NCBI GenBank assembly: GCA_027340875.1
Contig: DAIENX010000063.1
Span: 1 to 12,758 of the forward strand
DNA from: Elusimicrobiota bacterium
Lineage (GTDB): Bacteria; Elusimicrobiota; Elusimicrobia; Elusimicrobiales; UBA9959
DNA: 12,758 bases
Direction of reading: 5' to 3'
How positions within the stretch are numbered: position 1 is the first letter of the stretch; each line of letters starts with the position of its first letter. The position numbers were made by a program, and so were the translations under genes. The notes under the pieces were generated by a model that saw only the letters and a list, made by a program, of their open reading frames with translations, did not search any database and was not told the DNA's origin. Positions 8,836 to 12,758 of this stretch are shown piece after piece.

Positions 8836-9351
8836 ATGAGATCCGCGGCGCTGCTTCTCTGCCTTATGGCAGGGGCCGTCCCCGCTTCCGCCCAGGTCTT
8901 TCTGGGCGCGGAGGTCGGCCCCGACTCCTTCCTGAAGAACGAACCGGGAAGGATAGACACCTCCGGAGAGGACGCCTATTCCTGGGCGCTCAGCGCCGAG
9001 GTGAGCAGCTCCACTCTGTACGCCGTCTTCGAGTCCACCACCCCGGAGCGGGAGATGCTCTCCTACCTGCGCGGCGGCATCTACAGGCAGGAGCTGGCTT
9101 TCATCCTGCTGCTCTCGGAGCGGTCGAAGGTCCCTTTCAAGAAGCTGGCGGCCGAGCTGCCGAAGGCCGGCGGCCTGCGCGGGCTGGCCAAGGCTCACGG
9201 CGCCGACGCGATGGCCCTCTTCGGGGAGGCCGGCAGGCTGAAAGCCGACGCGGACGCGAGGGCGCCGCTGTTCCTGCCGCCTCCGACCTCGACTTCCACG
9301 GCGGTGAACGTCTCCTCCTCCCCGCCAGCCGGCACAGAAGATGAAAATTAA
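8836..9351 (+). CDS. Hypothetical exported protein
   Basis: Sec signal peptide (ASA|Q); fits the operon, 9 nt after the previous stop and overlapping the next gene by 11 nt. Confidence 0.72.
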   Translation: MRSAALLLCLMAGAVPASAQVFLGAEVGPDSFLKNEPGRIDTSGEDAYSWALSAEVSSSTLYAVFESTTPEREMLSYLRGGIYRQELAFILLLSERSKVPFKKLAAELPKAGGLRGLAKAHGADAMALFGEAGRLKADADARAPLFLPPPTSTSTAVNVSSSPPAGTEDEN

Positions 9352-9880
9352 CGGGATCTTAGCGCTCCTGCTCCCCGCGCTGTTGTGCGCCGCGGACGCG
9401 CCCGGGTTCCGGGTCCCCAAGGACGCGGCGGCGGCGCTGCTCACGCTGCCGGACGGTTTCAAGGTCACCGCCGAGCTGGCGCTGACCCCTGGGGAAAGGG
9501 AACGGGGGTTGATGTTCCGGAAGGCGCTCGCGGAGGACCGAGGCATGCTGTTCGTCTTTTCCGACGGGAGCCTGAAGACGTTCTGGATGAAGAACACGCT
9601 GATCGACCTCGACATGGTGTTCCTGGACGGGGAGATGAAGGTCGTGCGCGTTTTCCACCGCGTCCCCCGCTCCTACGAGGACCAGCCCGAGAGCGAGATC
9701 GCCAGGGCCTCTTCTCCCGCGTGGTGCGTGCTGGAGCTGGCCGCCGGCGCCGCCAGGTCCCACAAGGTCCGGCCGGGCTCCCGGCTGGCCGTCTCTTTCC
9801 TCGGGCGCGAAAAAGCTCCCGCGGACAAAAAACAGCCGCCGCCGGTCTCCCGGAAGTCGGAAGGCCGCCGGGAGAAGTAG
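9341..9880 (+). CDS. DUF192 domain-containing exported protein
   Basis: ELALT..RERGLMFR, GMLFVF, FWMKNTLIDLDMVFLD, VLELAAG motifs; N-terminal signal peptide. Confidence 0.93.
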   Translation: MKINGILALLLPALLCAADAPGFRVPKDAAAALLTLPDGFKVTAELALTPGERERGLMFRKALAEDRGMLFVFSDGSLKTFWMKNTLIDLDMVFLDGEMKVVRVFHRVPRSYEDQPESEIARASSPAWCVLELAAGAARSHKVRPGSRLAVSFLGREKAPADKKQPPPVSRKSEGRREK

Positions 9881-9967
9881 CCCCGCGTCCCAGCCGCTCC
9901 GGAGTAAACCGCCGGCTGCCCGCCGCGTTCCCTTCACCCGCGCGAGTTCATGCCGTATTATTTTTTA

Positions 9968-9976
9968 TGTTAAAAT
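9968..9976 (+). promoter_or_regulatory. Extended -10 promoter for the GlmL-like operon
   Basis: TGtTAAAAT (9968-9976) in an AT-rich patch; possible -35 TTCATG at 9947-9952; 8 nt to ATG 9985. Confidence 0.55.
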
Positions 9977-9984
9977 AAATGCCG

Positions 9985-10317
9985 ATGGGTATCTGGGACA
10001 ACGCTTTCAAGATCCCCGAGCCTCCCGATCCCACGCCGGAAGAGAAGAAGCTGCTGGACGCGCTGGCGAAGAAGGTGAGGGAACGCGGAATGGGCGACGT
10101 GGCGGCCTTTACTCTGGAAGGCACCCGTCCCATGCACGGTCTCGGGGCGCAGGGAGTGACGTTCCTCGAGCCCATGCTCGCGATGGTTTTCCGGAAGGAG
10201 GAGGTCGAGAAGTACAAGGCCCTCCTCGAGAACAGGAAGGCAGTAGACTACTTCGTAGAGAGGCTTAGCGCCGAACCACCTGAAAAGGACGATCCAAATG
10301 TCAAAGAAAGACCTTGA
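9985..10317 (+). CDS. Conserved hypothetical small protein (first gene of the GlmL-like operon)
   Basis: Coding-like codon use; pattern LAKKVRERGM..A..LE..RP...G.Q...FLEP..LLENR..VD; overlaps the next gene by 20 nt. Start is 9985 or 9979; 9985 preferred because of the promoter position. Confidence 0.8.
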   Translation: MGIWDNAFKIPEPPDPTPEEKKLLDALAKKVRERGMGDVAAFTLEGTRPMHGLGAQGVTFLEPMLAMVFRKEEVEKYKALLENRKAVDYFVERLSAEPPEKDDPNVKERP

Positions 10318-12091
10318 AACCATAATAGCCACGGACTGCGGGAGCACGACCACCAAGGCCATCCTGATCGAGAAGAAGGGCGATACTTACCGCCAGACCT
10401 TCCGTGGCGAGGCCCCCACCACGGTGGAAGCTCCGTTCGAGGACGTGACCAAGGGCGTCCTCAACGCGATAACCGAGGTCGAGGAACTGTCCGGGCGCAA
10501 GCTGCTGGACGGCGAGAAGATAATCACCCCCAACGTCGGCCTCACCGGCGCCGACATCTACGTCTCCACGTCCTCCGCGGGCGGCGGCCTGCAGATGATG
10601 GTGGCGGGTGCCGTGAAGGCTATGACCGGCGAATCGGCCCAGCGCTGCGCGCTCGGCGCCGGCGCGATAGTGATGGACGTGCTGGCCTCCAACGACGGCC
10701 GCGCCGACCACGAGAAGATAGAGCGCATCCGCCAGCTGCGCCCCGACATGATGCTGCTCTCCGGCGGCACCGACGGCGGCACCGTTACCCACGTGGTGGA
10801 GCTCGCGCAGTTCCTGAAGGCGGCCGACCCTAAGCCGCGCCTGGGCGCCTCGTACAAACTGCCGGTCATCTACGCCGGCAACAACAAGGCCCACCAGCAG
10901 ATCAAGGACATACTCGGCGAGGGCACGGCCCTTATCCTGACCGAGAACCTGCGCCCCACGCTGGAGCGCGAGAACCTGATGCCGGCGCGCCACAAGATCC
11001 ACGACATCTTCCTCGAGCACGTGATGCAGCAGGCGCCGGGCTACCCGAAGCTGATGAAGATGGTCGGCGCGCCCATCATGCCCACGCCGGCGGCCGTGGG
11101 CACGATGACCGAGAAGTTCGCCAAGGCCAACAGCTTCAACGTGCTGGCCGTGGACATCGGCGGCGCGACCACGGACGTGTTCAGCGTCTTCGACGAGGTC
11201 TTCAACCGCACCGTCAGCGCCAACCTGGGCATGAGCTACTCCATCTCCAACGTGATGGCGGAGGCCGGCCTGCCGAACATCCTGCGCTGGCTGCCGTTCG
11301 ACATAGACGAGCAGGACCTGCGCGACCGCCTGAAGAACAAGATGATCCGCCCCACCACGATACCCCAGACGGTGGAGGACCTGCAGATAGAGCACTCCGC
11401 CGCCCGCGAAGCGCTGCGGCTGGCCTTCGAACAGCACAAGGCGCTGGCCGTGGGGCTGAAGGGCGTGCAGCAGGAGCGCTCCATCTCCGACGCCTTCGAG
11501 CAGACCTCCTCGGGGCAGAGCCTGATCAACGTGATGAAGCTGGACTACGTCATAGGCTCGGGCGGCATACTCGCGCATTCCCCCCGCCGCACCCAGTCGA
11601 TGATGCTGATGATCGACGCCTACCAGCCCGAGGGCGTGACGCGCATGGCCGTGGACTCCATCTTCATGATGCCGCACCTGGGCGTGCTCGCGCAGATCAG
11701 CGAGAAGGCCGCGCTCGACGTCTTCTACCACGACTGCCTCGTGCGGCTCGGCACCTGCCTGGCCCCGAAGGGGCTGGCCAAGGAAGGCCAGACGATAATG
11801 GAGTGGGAGGTCACCTGCCCCGACGGCAGCCGCGAGAACGGCCAGCTGCGCTTCGGCGATATGCTGCACGTGCCGCTGACCGCCCCGAAGGCTAAGCTGG
11901 TGGCCAGGCCGGTCAAGGGCTTCGACATGGGCGCTGGCCCCGGCAACAAGCTGGAGGCGGAGATAGAGGGCGGGGTGGTGGGCCTGGTGCTCGACGGCCG
12001 CGGCCGGCCGTTCAACCTTTCCAAGGAGCCCTCCAAGCGCCGGGCCGACCTGGCGAAGTGGTACAAGGCCATGGGGATGTACCCCGTCTGA
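10298..12091 (+). CDS. glmL: Glutamate mutase L (GlmL/MutL)-family ASKHA ATPase, long form
   Basis: Phosphate-1 TDCGSTTTK, SSAGGGL, LLSGGTDGG, MPTPAAV, phosphate-2 VDIGGATTDVFS, RTVSANLGMSYS, adenosine IGSGG. This is a family assignment only; function as a glutamate mutase reactivase is not established. Confidence 0.88.
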   Translation: MSKKDLETIIATDCGSTTTKAILIEKKGDTYRQTFRGEAPTTVEAPFEDVTKGVLNAITEVEELSGRKLLDGEKIITPNVGLTGADIYVSTSSAGGGLQMMVAGAVKAMTGESAQRCALGAGAIVMDVLASNDGRADHEKIERIRQLRPDMMLLSGGTDGGTVTHVVELAQFLKAADPKPRLGASYKLPVIYAGNNKAHQQIKDILGEGTALILTENLRPTLERENLMPARHKIHDIFLEHVMQQAPGYPKLMKMVGAPIMPTPAAVGTMTEKFAKANSFNVLAVDIGGATTDVFSVFDEVFNRTVSANLGMSYSISNVMAEAGLPNILRWLPFDIDEQDLRDRLKNKMIRPTTIPQTVEDLQIEHSAAREALRLAFEQHKALAVGLKGVQQERSISDAFEQTSSGQSLINVMKLDYVIGSGGILAHSPRRTQSMMLMIDAYQPEGVTRMAVDSIFMMPHLGVLAQISEKAALDVFYHDCLVRLGTCLAPKGLAKEGQTIMEWEVTCPDGSRENGQLRFGDMLHVPLTAPKAKLVARPVKGFDMGAGPGNKLEAEIEGGVVGLVLDGRGRPFNLSKEPSKRRADLAKWYKAMGMYPV

Positions 12092-12121
12092 CGCGCATAA
12101 TTCTGCATTAGGAGATGAACA

Positions 12122-12758
12122 ATGGCTCACGCATATACTCCAGGACTCAAGGTAATGCCCAGCACGGTGCTGCACAAGAAGCGCCTGCTGCCGATACCGG
12201 GAAAGGTGATGGCCGATATGGGCGGCAGCGTCGAAGCGCTGGACGTGGTGGCGCAGACCGAGCTGCCGGGCAAGGTCTTCTCCGTCAACGTCGCCAACCG
12301 CCTGGCGGTCTCTCCCGAGGAGATCCCCGGCTTCATGCTGAAGAAGCCCGGTGATGCGGTTGCCCAGGGCGAGATCATCGCGGAGAACAAGCCCCTGCTG
12401 AAATGGTTCAAGACGACGATAGAGTCCCCGGTCTCGGGCACGGTGGAGTCCGTCTCGGCGGTGACCGGCCAGGTGCTGCTGCGCGAGCCGCCCAAGGTCC
12501 TGCCCGTCAAGGCCTACGTCAAGGGCAAGGTGGTCGAAGTCACTCCCGGCTTCGGCGTCACGGTGGAGGCGGAGGGCACTTTCATCCAGGGCATCTTCGG
12601 CATCGGCGGCGAGACCAACGGCGAGATCTGCGTTGCCGTCCAGAGCCCCGACGAGGAGCTGGAGGCCGAGGCCATAAAGGAACACCACCGCGGCAAGATA
12701 GTGGTGGGCGGCAAGCACGCCAGCCTGGCCACCATACAGCGCGCTATAGAGCTGGGCG
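12122..12758 (+). CDS. Conserved hypothetical protein with barrel-sandwich hybrid motifs (partial, runs off window)
   Basis: Not in the ORF track because there is no stop in the window. Open for 212 codons: MAHAYTPGLKV...LKKPGDAVAQGEIIA...IESPVSGTVESV...IQGIFGIGGE...GKIVVGG; SD AGGAG upstream. Confidence 0.87.
   Translation, partial: MAHAYTPGLKVMPSTVLHKKRLLPIPGKVMADMGGSVEALDVVAQTELPGKVFSVNVANRLAVSPEEIPGFMLKKPGDAVAQGEIIAENKPLLKWFKTTIESPVSGTVESVSAVTGQVLLREPPKVLPVKAYVKGKVVEVTPGFGVTVEAEGTFIQGIFGIGGETNGEICVAVQSPDEELEAEAIKEHHRGKIVVGGKHASLATIQRAIELG

Noticed and set aside
9881..9946. Possible hairpin or ncRNA after DUF192 (CAGCCG...CGGCTG, CTCCGGAG)
   Set aside because: Short, weak stems with no U-tract and no cobalamin or other riboswitch consensus that I can recognise.
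10298..12091. Reading MutL as the DNA mismatch repair protein, or the gene as a catalytic methylaspartate mutase
   Set aside because: The motifs are ASKHA (actin-like), not GHKL, and there is no cobalamin-binding motif; the shared name is coincidental.
12115..12354. 79-aa ORF downstream of glmL
   Set aside because: Wrong frame; the frame from ATG 12122 is open to the window end with protein-like sequence and better SD spacing.
10301..12718. 805-aa antisense ORF
   Set aside because: Shadow of two strongly codon-biased plus-strand genes; no recognisable motifs; expected in high-GC DNA.

Overview
GC-rich, gene-dense bacterial chromosomal segment; the sequence style tentatively suggests Elusimicrobiota, which cannot be verified here. 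No RNA genes, mobile elements or CRISPR arrays were seen. Five apparent transcription units: (1) minus strand, M20 (PepT/YqjE-like) peptidase > SAM methyltransferase > divergent Lnt > REC-HD-GYP phosphodiesterase > MFS transporter (runs off the window); (2) a PAP2/class A acid phosphatase lipoprotein ending at a bidirectional terminator; (3) minus strand, dtd > unknown lipoprotein > RNase R; (4) stand-alone Lrp/AsnC ligand-binding protein > secreted hypothetical > DUF192; (5) small conserved hypothetical > extended GlmL/MutL-like ASKHA ATPase > partial protein with nested barrel-sandwich hybrid motifs. Unit 5 is the best candidate for an uncharacterised system: a mutase-reactivase homologue whose immediate neighbours are not B12 mutase subunits. 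Four of the five units appear to be leaderless, with a -10 box 6-8 nt before the ATG.
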